A stretch of 63,471 bases of DNA, filler included, from Octopus bimaculoides (taxonomy: Eukaryota): assembly GCF_001194135.2 (NCBI RefSeq). It is 6 parts of 6 records of this genome, joined end to end, with 100 filler letters (N's around TTAATTAATTAA, not from the genome) between each part and the next. Parts side by side here need not be neighbours in the genome. Positions count along the whole stretch, not along the records: positions 36,322 to 42,813 come from NC_068986.1; positions 42,914 to 55,117 come from NW_026307115.1; 4 more parts are not named here. The stretch is one strand, 5' to 3'. Shown here one piece after another: positions 36,960 through 48,630 of this stretch. Numbering within the stretch: the first letter of the stretch is position 1; the number at the start of each line of letters is the position of its first letter. A model generated the notes under the pieces. It was not told the DNA's origin and ran no database searches. It saw only the letters and a program-made list of their open reading frames with translations. The translations under genes and the position numbers were made by a program.

Positions 36960-37745
36960 ATGGTGTCTGTTGAGGAAATTGGCGAATCTGTAAATACCAG
37001 ATATGACATGGATCGTAATAAAAAGAATCTGGCTTTAATAATAAATAACGTAAAGTTTGACAAATCGACTAAAATGTCTGGACGAGAAGGATCCGATAAA
37101 GATGCATCGGCAATTACAGAGACATTGGAGTCATTGCATTTTAAGGTGATGGACCGCAAGAATTTATCAGTGGAAAGCATGAAAGAAATCTTTTTGGAAA
37201 TATCTATGATGGACCATAGGAACCATAATTGTTTCGTTTGTGTTATATTGAGTCACGGTGAAGACAATAACGAGATATTTGGTATTGATGGCAAAGTAAA
37301 ACTTGACGAATTAATGGAGCCGTTGTTTCCTGAAAAATGCCCAGGTCTAATAGGTAAGCCAAAACTATTCTTCATACAAGCCTGTCGGGGAAAGAAACGG
37401 GACAGTGGTGAAATTATGCACGATGGCGGCGATGTCAGAGTCGAATATCAAAATGTCACATCTCACAAAGTACCACTTTGGGCAGACGTGCTTCTGGCTT
37501 ATTCCACTGTCCCTGGATTTTACTCCTATACACGTAATACGATTGGATCCTGGTTTATTCAGTCGTTAGCTCACATTTTAAGAAAACACGGAGACCGACT
37601 TGAACTGCAGCAATTAATGATTTTGGTAAATCGTAAGGTTGCCTATGAATATGAGTCTATAAACGGTGATGACCGGTTGAATAAAAAGAAACAGGTTCCT
37701 TGCATAGCAAGCATGTTAACGAAAGAATTATACTTTTACAAGTAA
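36960..37745 (+). CDS. CASP3: Effector caspase, caspase-3/7-like, single exon, 261 aa
   Basis: RYDMDRNKKNLALIINNVKFD (p20 start), REGSDKDA, CVILSHGED (catalytic His 37254-56), GKPKLFFIQACRG (catalytic Cys 37383-85), linker IMHD|G, HKVPLWADVLLAYSTVPG, GSWFIQSL, C-terminus KKQVPCIASMLTKELYFYK. No internal stop or intron. The symbol denotes family resemblance, not proven orthology. Confidence 0.93.
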   Translation: MVSVEEIGESVNTRYDMDRNKKNLALIINNVKFDKSTKMSGREGSDKDASAITETLESLHFKVMDRKNLSVESMKEIFLEISMMDHRNHNCFVCVILSHGEDNNEIFGIDGKVKLDELMEPLFPEKCPGLIGKPKLFFIQACRGKKRDSGEIMHDGGDVRVEYQNVTSHKVPLWADVLLAYSTVPGFYSYTRNTIGSWFIQSLAHILRKHGDRLELQQLMILVNRKVAYEYESINGDDRLNKKKQVPCIASMLTKELYFYK

Positions 37746-38917
37746 ATTATTTTGTCTTCTTTCTCTCCTCGTGTACACGCACACTCTGTTATCTTGTTAT
37801 ACGTTTCAGCCATAAGGCTGTGAAAATACGAAGTATATGTATATTTTTATTTATATTTAGCAGAGGTAACAGTTATTCAGGGTCCGAGAGCTTCGTGTTT
37901 GATAAGTGACAACACACGAAACTTTCCAACTTTGAATCACTCTGTTACTTTTGAAGGCACAGCCGTCCACCTAGTGGTTTCCTTTATATATACATATACA
38001 GTAATCCTTTGAGATCTCGTATAATTTTTCTGAATTTCCTGATTCTTTCAATGTACTAGTTCCATGGTATTAAATTGATATTAATCAATATCTAATTTCT
38101 TTACCTTATTGTTTTAATTTATACATATACATATACACACACACACAATATATATATATTCACATCAAGTTGTTTTACACCAAATTTACAGAAATCAACG
38201 AATAATAATGACAGATCTGCGGATGAAAAAGAAATATGGCCAATAAAGGCATAAATAAATGTGTGTGTGTGTGTGAGTATGTAAAATACTTGAAATTTAT
38301 ACTTATCCATCTTAATTTCTGCTAAGAACATTTGCTAAATTTGTGTTGCTGGCAACCAGTTTCTTTAAAATTATTAAATATTCTGATAAAATAAAAATAA
38401 AATTCATAATTTTATACGTTGTCTAATTATGTAATAACTATATGTATTGTTGTTTTATAGCTGTTTTTAAATCTATTCTCGGTAGAGATGGACTATATGT
38501 AATCTGAACCTTTCCCCCCCCCCCCTTATTTATTAAAATGTATCAATGATCCTGACATAATATACTTAAAAGATGTTAGTTAAACAGAACAGAACTTACA
38601 AATATTTCTCACAGGATATCACTATTTTCTTCTCCTTTTGCTTAATAAATAATCTTGTAAGTAAATTACAGGAGATAATTCGTTATTATTAAGAGAGAGT
38701 AAGTAAATGTTACAACTGCAATGTTTATAAAATTTGGCGAATGCAACACAGCGTAAATATCATTGAGTGCACGAGAAAGAACTTACCTCGAATGACTAGA
38801 GAGTGATACACAGTTTCCTGTTGTTTAACCTCTGATAGAAACGTACCCCAAACTAAGTGACATTAAGTTTATTAAATAATTGAAATTGAAAGGGGTTCGA
38901 CATCTTAATGAGATAAG

Positions 38918-39663
38918 GGATCTTTGGGGTTTGACGGGCAACATTTTTTTTGTAGTGTTTTTGGTGCCGAAACACTTTCAAACTTCGAATATTTGTATAT
39001 TTTGTGGTATAGAACATAAAAAAAAATGTATTCGAAGTTATTTTATGTAAAAAATTGTTGTATTTCGGTAATTTCAACCAATCACTGACGTCTATTGCGG
39101 TGAAAACAATTAATGCCGTAACGGTGTCATGGGATCTTTTCCCTTGAATAAAATTAGTCCCGTTGTTTGTCAACAACAACTACCCGTGTTACTCTTATTT
39201 ATGACATCGTTCGTGCGTTTGTACTGGTTTTAGCTTTAAGGTTTTAGGGTTAGGGTTTGGGTTTTAGAGTTAGGGTTAGTTTTAGGATTACGGTTAGGGT
39301 TATGATTATTTTTGCCATAACCTTAACTCTAACTCATAACCATAACCCTAACCCCAACCCTAACCCTAAAACCTGAACCCTAACCCTAAAACCCTAAACC
39401 CTTACTAGGGATTAATGATATAATTAAACAGGGAATAACACACTTGACACCGAACAGCAGTAACTGTATTCAGCTGAATAGACGTCAGTGATTGGTTGAA
39501 ATTACAGAAATACGACAACTTTAACATGAAATAACTTGCGATGTACAATTTTTTGTTAAGAAGGTTAAGAGAAGAAGTTTTATATGACACAATTTACCAG
39601 TGTCCCAAGTTTGAAAGTGTTTCGTTAAGAAAACAAATGTTGCCCGTCAAACCCCAAAGATCC
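38918..39663. mobile_element. GGATC-terminated MITE with perfect 8-bp TSD and central inverted telomere-like arrays
   Basis: TIR GGATCTTTGGGGTTTGACGGGCAACATTT at both ends; TSD GAGATAAG at 38910-38917 and 39664-39671. TTAGGG-like tract 39243-39303 faces a CCCTAA-like tract 39316-39402. Confidence 0.9.
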
Positions 39664-40128
39664 GAGATAAGTAGTAGTAGGTGGACGAAAAGACTGACAG
39701 GGGATTTTGAGAGTCCGTAAAAAGAAAGAGAATCCAAATGGAGTTAGAAAGTGTGTTGAATGATAGATTTGACAAAGATTGGAGTTAGGAAACATAAAAA
39801 CAAAATTTATGGAAAAATATAAGGAAGACATTTACTGATCAGCAGCTTAAAAGCTGCTTTGAATTATATATTGGTCTTCTATATATATTAGGTTATAGTT
39901 ATTCTATCCCCCCATAACTTTTACATTGGTTCATATTGGTGACCTTTACTAATCTAACCTCAAAATTTCTAGATAATATTTTCCAGCATATCTTGGACAG
40001 GATCACCAAAACTGAACCTTCTCTTCAGAGCAACATAAATATTTCGTCCTGGACCACTTGTTTGATTGGTATTTAATCACTAATGAACTCTGACCAGCTA
40101 TCTCCTCTGTCTTTTTTATTGCTACCAT

Positions 40129-40440
40129 ACTAGTCTGAAATATTGGCCTTTTCCGTAAAAAGTGTCTTTGGCGATCTTTACCAAAGATCGGCCTTTTCCG
40201 TAACACCCGCACGATCTTCACTAAGGTGTTAGGGTTAGGGTTATGGTTAGGGACGGAATTCCCTAACCCAAAGCCTAACTGTAACCCTAACCCTAAACCC
40301 TTCAAAAGAAATCGCGCTCTCTGTATCTCTTTCGCTTTTACGACGTCGTTTCCCTCCAACACTTTTTACGGAAAAGGCCAATCTTTGGTAAAGATCACCG
40401 AAGACACTTTTTATGGAAAAGGCCGATATTTCGGACTGGT
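40129..40440. mobile_element. Palindromic MITE-like element with ~75-bp inverted arms and central TTAGGG/CCCTAA hairpin
   Basis: actagtctgaaatattggccttttccgtaaaaagtgtctttggcgatctttaccaaagatcggccttttccgtaa is mirrored at about 40365-40440; centre ttagggttagggttatggttaggg-acggaatt-ccctaaccc...accctaaccctaa. Confidence 0.75.
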
Positions 40441-40514
40441 CTCAAAAGATCGCCGAAAAACTAGTATCCACAGTGAGGATAGGTTGTTAAAATTCAGGGA
40501 GCTAATACCTTTGA

Positions 40515-40960
40515 AGGTAGCAAAGGACCCCATCCTCAAGGCTGTCACAGCTGCTAACCACTCTCTGCACGCTCCGCCTCGTTACATCGGAGTCAACTTT
40601 CCTGGCGAGGAACAATGTCCTGTCCACTCCCATGTGATGCATGGTATGCAGTCTCCTCAACTCCGAGTCACTCAGACAGCATACTGCAGCCACAGCCTGC
40701 TCCGCATCCTCTGGCACTTGCAACCAAGCTCACTTTACCCTGGTTAGGACGTCTGCCCTGTTCTTTTCGGAAGGCACAAAAATTACGCTCAGCTCCAGAT
40801 CGAACTCAACGGTTAGCTCCCGCAATATTCTCAATCGGTGCTTTACCAGCATCTCCGCAGCCCCTTTGGTTCGCACCCTCCGCTCATTGGTGAGGACTGT
40901 CGTCACCCAACCAAGCACAGCGGCCGAAATAGCTTGTGGTGAGATGGAGGAAGAAGACAA
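40515..40960 (-). mobile_element. Ty3/gypsy pol fragment (RNase H end plus integrase HHCC zinc finger)
   Basis: VLGWVTTVL...LVKHRLRILRELTVEFDLELSVIFVPSEKNRADVLTR (RNase H), then LRRLHTMHHMGVDRTLFLARKVDSDVTRRSVQRVVSSCDS (integrase zinc-binding region). Confidence 0.75.
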
Positions 40961-42344
40961 CAAGAAGCAAAAGGACAGAATGAAACGTTGGACCTTACCT
41001 TGCCGACCGCAGTGGAGTACACAATCGCTCCTGATCAGAACACGTCTTTCTCGTAACATCGCTGTTTTCTGACTGCTCCACGTGCTAGCCTTCGACCGCG
41101 TGTCGCCGACTTCCAATCTGACCCTTCCGGTCTGTCTTCACCTCTGTTTGCCTCACCCCTCTCCACCACAACACACAGCTCATCACAGCCCATAACACTA
41201 CACATTGTTTGCTAGTGGCTGGGGAATATCATTAATTGCTTTTATTAGTCACAGAACCTCTATGATGGTGAAATTAATGTGGTCATATTAGCTAGGAGAC
41301 TCACATGTCAGACATGGTCAGGTACTTTCTAACAATAGGTACGTATGTTACACATCCCACTGTTAAAAGCATGTCATCAACAACAATAGGGATGTATAAA
41401 GAACATCTCATCATTAAAAGCATGTCATATACCTTAGCAATAAGAAGGTATACAGAATATCGCATGTCAACAAAAGGTAGGTATGTAGACAAGCTGTTGT
41501 TAAAAGCATTGTTAGACAGAACACAAAAGTTAGGAAAGGATCACACCATGTAGTGAGATGTCTTCAACAAAGAAAAACAAATGTAAAGACAAAATGTACA
41601 AATATTTTAACTGCATCCAAAACGAGGAAATATATTTTCTTTATATTGCCCCTCACTTGACTACCATAATTCTCATTTAATTACAAACATATCCCATTGA
41701 TTTATTGTATGATAACATCAAATATCTAGTGTTTAACTTCCAATAAAAATAATATCTAGCTTCCAACATTTAATGAAGATCAGTTTTGAAAATGTACAAC
41801 CTTTACATTGATCATGACTACAAATTCTGTAGTTTATGGTTGTGTTAGGACAAGTTTTGGTGAGGTTAGTGTTTCACAATATTCCAGTTTAGACCCCTCC
41901 TTTATGTACACCAGTTTGCTACAAACTTATTTTAAAAATAAAACTAAAAAATATAATCATCAGATAAAAAATTAAGAAACTAATAATAAAACACTCTATT
42001 TAAACAATATGAAATGAAATATAATTTTGAAAATTCAACTGAAAGTCAGAAATAAAATTTTAAAAGACTTTTATTCCATAATTACTGATTTTTCATTGAA
42101 ATGTTGCTATTTTAATCAGAAATTTGAATCTTGTTCTATATCACTAATTGAGAAAATGAGGAGTAAAACAAGATTATTCTCTTGATGGAATATATACCTA
42201 ATAAAATTTAGAATTTCCTTTAGACAGAATATATGTGAATATTCTGAGATAAGGCTTTTATTAAAAATATCGCATTTGTAATTTATCCGACCAATGTCAA
42301 TAGAGTTGTGGTTATTTAAAATATAGGGTTGGAAGGTTATCATC

Positions 42345-42376
<32 letters not shown>

Positions 42377-42504
42377 CATCATCATTGTTTAACCCTTTAG
42401 TGTTCGCATTATTCTGCCAAAATTAATGCTTTTTCATCCACATTGTTTTGAACTAATCATGCATTATCTTGTAGCTATGAGATTTTGATGAGGTAGTAAG
42501 TACC

Positions 42505-42813
42505 AGGGTAGATAAAGCAATTAGGAATATGAAGACCGGGAAAGCCCCCGGCCCATCAGGAATCACTGCAGAGATGCTCAAAATATCTGGCAGTGTTGGC
42601 TATAGCCTAGTCACCCGTATTACGAACCAGGTGATACACGAAGGAGTCATACCCAATGACTGGTGTAGCAGCATCATAGTCAACTGCTACAAAAGTAAAG
42701 GTGACGCTTTAGATACAAATAATTACAGAGGCATCAAGCTGTTAGATCAGGTTATGAAAGTTACAGAGAGGGTCATAGCCCAACTAATTAGGGAGCGAAT
42801 CAATTTAGATGAG
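42505..42813 (+). mobile_element. RTE-clade LINE reverse transcriptase fragment
   Basis: MKTGKAPGPSGITAEMLK...IPNDWCSSIIVNCYKSKGDALDTNNYRGIKLLDQVMKVTERVI; open frame to the gap. Confidence 0.88.
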
Positions 42814-42924
42814 NNNNNNNNNNNNNNNNNNNNNNNNNNNNNNNNNNNNNNNNNNNNTTAATTAATTAANNNNNNNNNNNNNNNNNNNNNNNNNNNNNNN
42901 NNNNNNNNNNNNNATATATATGTA

Positions 42925-42964
<40 letters not shown>

Positions 42965-43313
42965 CATATAAACGCAGATATTTTCACATGCAAATATGTC
43001 CGTGAGAGAGAGAGAGAGAGAGAGAGAAAGAGGGAGAACGTGCGTGTGATATGTATGTCTGCCTATCTGTCTATCTGCACACACACAGATACACTCATAT
43101 GCATATATATATATATGTATGTATATTCATACATACATACATACATACATAATCGTCAAATGGTAATCGTATATTGGTTAACAGGGTTGATCTATTCGTG
43201 TTTATATTTTATACTTTCAGACGTCTATTGATTGATATCGATATTACCAATCGGAGTCGCACTTACGTATTTGTAATACTGACTGGTATAAATATTGATA
43301 TGTGCACACACAC

Positions 43314-43390
<77 letters not shown>

Positions 43391-43469
43391 CCTCCCTCCC
43401 TCTCTCTTTCTCTCTCCCTCTCCCTCTCTCCCTCTCCCTCTCTCTCCCTCTCCCTCTCTCTCTTCCTCA

Positions 43470-43810
43470 CCGTTTGTTCTCACTTTCCTGTTCTTGTTAA
43501 CACTTTCACCCTCCGCAAAAAATTCCAAATTGTATTTAATTTGCTTTGCTGGAAGGACTGTTCCAACGAAGTCGCGTATTGTCCTTACCTTCGAAACGCG
43601 TAGTAGATGGAACAGGGGCAACTGACTAAGGGGTATACTCTTTATGTTGCATGTCTTGTTTCTCTGTTTGTTTTTTTTCGTTGTCCGAAAAAAGTTCGTT
43701 TTCTGTTTTCATTTTTCATTGTGTTCAACTTTTTTTTTATGTCCTGTACCCATATATGCATGTATATATGCATATATATGTAGGTATGTACATATATGTA
43801 TGGACATATG
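43470..43810. repeat. Second copy of the unclassified repeat at 2060-2630
   Basis: Colinear similarity with about 2270-2630. Confidence 0.75.
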
Positions 43811-43926
43811 CATATATTTATATATTATATTATATATATATGTATGGACATATGCATATATTATATTATATATATATATGTGTATGGACATATGCATATA
43901 TTATATTATATATATANNNNNNNNNN

Positions 43927-44560
43927 ACGAGGTCTGATCAATAAGTATCCAGATTGTTGCCATAGTAACGAAGCTAAAGTACGTAGAGTGAAGCCGCTTG
44001 ACAGTTTTAACGTTCTAGTTCACTTCTGCTGTTTACAGCAGTGCTTAGAAGAAAGGTGTGTAGCGTGTGATCGTCGCATTGACCATGACAGAGAAAGTTG
44101 TCAAAGCGATACCTGCTCAGAGGCCTACGCAAAGTTAAAGAAAGTGTATGGAGAGGAGTGCAGGAGCAGCACACATGTGTACGAGTAGGTCAGACGTTTC
44201 TAAGATGGCCGAAAAAATTCGATATTGAAGAACGTTCTGGTAGACCCGCAACCAGCAGAACTGAGAAAAAACATCGATGTGCGTGCAGCTGTAAGGGGAA
44301 ATCGTCTAATCACCATCCGTGAGTTATCAGAAGATGTGCAGATTAATTACGGTTCACTGAAGATTCGGGTTTGAGACACGTGTCTGCCAAAACTGCTTTC
44401 AGCTGATCCAAAAGATACTCGGGTTTCAGTTGAACAAGATTTCCTTGATTGAGTCGAGAACGATGAAAACGTTTTGGAAACTTTGTGTAGCCCTCTGAGC
44501 AGGTAACGTCAAGCTTTTGACAAAATTTGAGGCATATTCTCTGCTTAACTTTCTCTGTCA
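43927..44560. mobile_element. Rearranged mariner derivative with intact left TIR
   Basis: Starts acgaggtctgatcaataagtatcc, continues through the 5' transposase on +, then at about 44485 switches to inverted TEKVKQRICLKFCQKLDVTCSEGY. Confidence 0.82.
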
Positions 44561-44840
44561 AAAAGTCAAAGGACAGATCACAATATCATGATCAGACTAT
44601 ATATATATATAACAAATGTCACTAAACGTGACTAGAGTGTTAGAAAACACCTACATTGCTAGAAATAAGAGCTAAACTGCTCGAATGTTGTACTTAACGC
44701 ACATGATTGAAGACATATATAGCAGAGGGACCATAATCGTCCGAAAAGCGCCGATCAAGAATTGACATTTGTAATCCTCCTTTTTTGGTGAAACATTGTT
44801 AATTATTGTTTATATTAATTATACATACATACATACATTC

Positions 44841-44871
<31 letters not shown>

Positions 44872-45479
44872 CACGCACACATGTCGAGAGGTCACAGATA
44901 TATGAATCTATTCCTATAAGTAATGTATAAATATTTTTGTATGAATGTGTGCATATGTATATATGTATGTATACTTGCGTGTGTGTGTGTATGTGTAATG
45001 AAGGTGGTAGTCGTTGTCCTTCGAGAGCTATTGTTTGTAGGTAAGGTGGTGGTGGTGGTAGTGCTAGTGACGTCGGTGTAAATAGGTTTCGTGTGGGTGG
45101 GTAGAAAGGCGGGCGGTGTCACTAAAGATGTGCAATGTTCCTTTCACTGTGTAAATTAAACAGATTCAGTAAAACTTGTTTAAAACGAGGTGGTCACGCC
45201 TGGCAAACTCTGAAACAAAGTGCAACAGTCCGCCAAAAATCTCGAACCTTTATTTTCTCTTTTTACCTTGATTGTTTGCTCTCTTTCACCTGTTTCACCT
45301 CAGAGACGTAAAAGCAGTTCTTTGTCAACTTACAAATATTTTATTTGAAAATCTTTTAAATGAATAAAAAAAAAAAGCCAAACCTTAAATTTGTTCTTTT
45401 TTTTCCGTATATTTTGAATTTGTTGTTGATATTATTGCTGTTATTATTGTTATTGCTTATCGCAAGGACTACAAAGTGC

Positions 45480-47370
45480 CACAAGCGCTCCGTGAGTTAT
45501 CCAGTTGTTTTCATAGGTATAAATCTAGTTTTGTTTCCCTTTTGTTATAAAGGGAGTAATTAACTTGAGCAGACCATAAGAGTCTGAGCAAAAGTCATGG
45601 TCATCTGCTCCTGGGGTAAAATGTCGAAAAGAAAGTCTTCCTTTTCGAAAGATTGTATGAAATATTCAACGGTGGAATCTTGTTTGCCAAACGGAGAAGA
45701 GAGGATAGTGGGAGGTAGTACTGAAGGCGAAATTGGTTTCCGCAATCAGCCTCCAACAAACATGGAAAGAGGTAATAATAGCAACAGCAGTAGAAACATT
45801 CTCGACGACGCCCAGTGTGTATCCCCAACAATGTCGTCGCACTGAACCTCTATAGAACGCCCGAGTGATACTTTCCTCGACTGCTCGACTGACAGACAAT
45901 TGTGAGCTCCTGACGACACTGTAGGTGCCGGTCTACGTTTGATCCAGGACTGACAAAGAGACGAGCAGTGGAAAATCCTGTCTGACAAATGGCGACCACA
46001 CCTGCTCAACGTCTAGGAAGCCATGGAGATGTCGCAGCCTCAGCGCATCAGAAGCCACGGCATGTCAAGCCTTCCATTCAGCGGGTGTTGATAGCAAATG
46101 AAGCGTCTAATGAGTGGAACGCATCCCTTCCACAGAAAGCAGAAGAGTAGTAGGCGCTTCAATTTAGTCAGATGTAAACTGGGACCAGGCACGACGCTCA
46201 CGCGCTAATACATGACGGAGGCGATGTAAGCATTCGCCACCTCTGCCTGGCCTTTCAGGAATAGCATTCTCTCAGCGCATTTCTGGGTGAGATTGGCCAC
46301 TCTGCTCGTCAGCCCCTCCCAGTTTTTTTCCACCTGAAGATCTGACACAAATCAGACTCCGAGCAATATAATCGGTCCCTTCATCCCGTGTCCTACCACG
46401 TTATTGGACGGCACTGACCTGCCTCTTCAGGTGCCACATTTGCAGGCCCACTGACTTTGTTAATTTTCGCCTGTGTCACCGCCTCGTATTCTTTTAGAGC
46501 AGGGCCATGTTTATGTGTCTGGTGTTCGACATAATGACGGTGACGCCGTCTGCGTATATCGACACGATTCTCCAGCGTCCTAGTTCTCGCAGGATGTCTC
46601 TCAACGCTTCTAATCCCCGCAGGAGTGACTCTAGAACAAGTACATACATAAGAGATAAGAGCTAACATCCTTGAAGGACCGGACGCAGGATGATGAATGG
46701 TTCCAAGAGGTAACCATTTACCCGAACAATCGAGCAGATGTCGCTGTACATTGCAGCGATGCAGCCACGGAAAACGAGACCGAAACCGACCAACAAGTAT
46801 TGGTGGTCGATCCTATTGCGAGTTTGAAACTGATCCATGCAAGCTTCTTTGCTCACTCTGTCTATGAAGTATCGCTTGAGATGGAGGTTGATGTTTGGCA
46901 TAGCGCATCACCAACCAGTTCCTCGACGACAACCTCTTTGCTAACACCTTGGCCATAATTTTGAAGTCTATATTCAGCAGCATTATGGACCTAAAATTTT
47001 CGATTCCATCCCTTTTGTTTGAGTCCTTTCTTAGCAGTGTCACCGCTCCTCGACTCACCGAATTAGGAATTCCCCTGATTTTCTACCACTTGCTGTAGAT
47101 GTCTGCTGATAGGCCACCAAACTTGTTTGATGGCCTATCAAAACAAAGCTGGTGGGGCAGACTTTCCAAACCAGGCGATTTGCTCCCCATGCAACCCATT
47201 ATTGCATCCCTTATTTCCGCGGCTGGTATCCGCATTATGCAACGCTCCACCGAGAATCCTGACATGCCGTCTAGGTCACTGAAGTCCATCCTGCATTCAG
47301 GACTACCATTCGTTCCAAACAGTTGGATGGAATACTGCTGAAATGCCGCACACATCTGCTCAGGATCGAG
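45480..47370 (-). mobile_element. Degenerate 5'-truncated L1/Tx1-clade LINE (RT to 3' end)
   Basis: Minus-strand pieces KSPGLESLP, ENFRSIMLLNIDFKIMAKVLAKRL, DHQYLL.GFGLVFRGCIAAMYSDICSIVRVNGYLLEPF...QGC, IYADGVTV, and a decayed C-terminal knuckle (VEESITRAFY). Multiple frameshifts. Confidence 0.85.
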
Positions 47371-48514
47371 GCCTAGTTGATTACATCGACCCCACTGTTC
47401 AACTGGTACTTATTTATTGACCTCGAAAAAGTGAAAAGCTGAGTGGATTTCGGCTGGATTCGAACACGGGAAGTAAAGAGACATAAGTAAATACCGTATG
47501 TCACTTCATCGAATGCTGTACTGATTCCACAATACTAGTAATGATGGACAGCCTCGTTTAGCTTTGACTACTACTACTACTACTACTAATATAACTAATA
47601 CTAATACTGCTGCTGCTGCTGCTCTTTCAATGACCTGGACAAATCTAATCAAAACGAATCTAAGCAGAGGTTATAAAACCCATTGAACGTCCGGCGTTGT
47701 CAGCAAATCCACAAACCCGATGCAGTTTATATCGTATGTGATTTACTGTAGAAATAGTATTCATAATTTATCGACCAATGAAGGAAAAAAGGAAGACTAA
47801 AATATTAATTTGTCTTTAATGAGAATCGAACGCAAAACATTAAAATAACAAGTAACCACCAGTTCATCAATTATACAATCTAACCCTTTAACACTTGAGT
47901 GAATGTAATATCTCCCTGATGTGCGGTTTTAGTGTTAGTTGTTGTAAGAGAAAAGTAATGATAAAAATTTTCAAAAAGAAGGCAAACTAAAATGACCGCA
48001 AGCCTTGTTCCTAAATATTAATGCACAGCCATTTTGTTTCGATATTTCTTTGTTTTTTTATTTTTATTTCTCTTATTCTCCCTCTTTTAGCATCCTGCTA
48101 CAACATATGGATTTTCATCGTGTTCACACTGACCTAAATATGGCGTTGAATCTCTAAATGCTAACAGGTCACTAGAGGTGAAGTAGGAGGGGTGAGCTTC
48201 CTTAGTAGACAAGCACGCAATTTACAATCGCTGGGGGTCTTGTTTTTGTTTACTTTTGTCTCTTTATTCATTGATTGATCAAGTAATAAAATGATTGGTT
48301 AAACAACTTATTGCCTAACTCTGTCACAGATGTAGCCAATTAGTTTATTGGAGGTTCAAGCAAAAAAACATTTTCTACATTTCAATATGTGTCATATACA
48401 AGTTGACAAACCACGCGCATATATATAGAGAGAGAGAGAAAGAGAGAGAGAGTGAGAGACGCACACACTCACTCACTCACATAAATATATAAATAATTAC
48501 TATCTATCTATATA

Positions 48515-48550
<36 letters not shown>

Positions 48551-48630
48551 CATACATACACACATATATGCATATATATACATACATACACACATATATG
48601 CATATATATATATATATATACACATACACA

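Noticed and set aside
36960-37745. Bacterial or viral contaminant origin for the intronless caspase
   Set aside because: The protein is a typical metazoan caspase-3/7, and it is contiguous with host SINE and MITE families.
39240-39405. True telomere or chromosome-fusion site
   Set aside because: The arrays are short, degenerate and enclosed in a TIR element with a perfect TSD.
41200-41569. LTR of the adjacent gypsy fragment
   Set aside because: The minus strand starts TGTTG and has AATAAA, but no PBS, TSD or second LTR is visible.
43545-43610. Hammerhead ribozyme in the unclassified repeat
   Set aside because: It has a stem plus GAAACGCGTA but no recognisable CUGANGA core or helix I in either copy.
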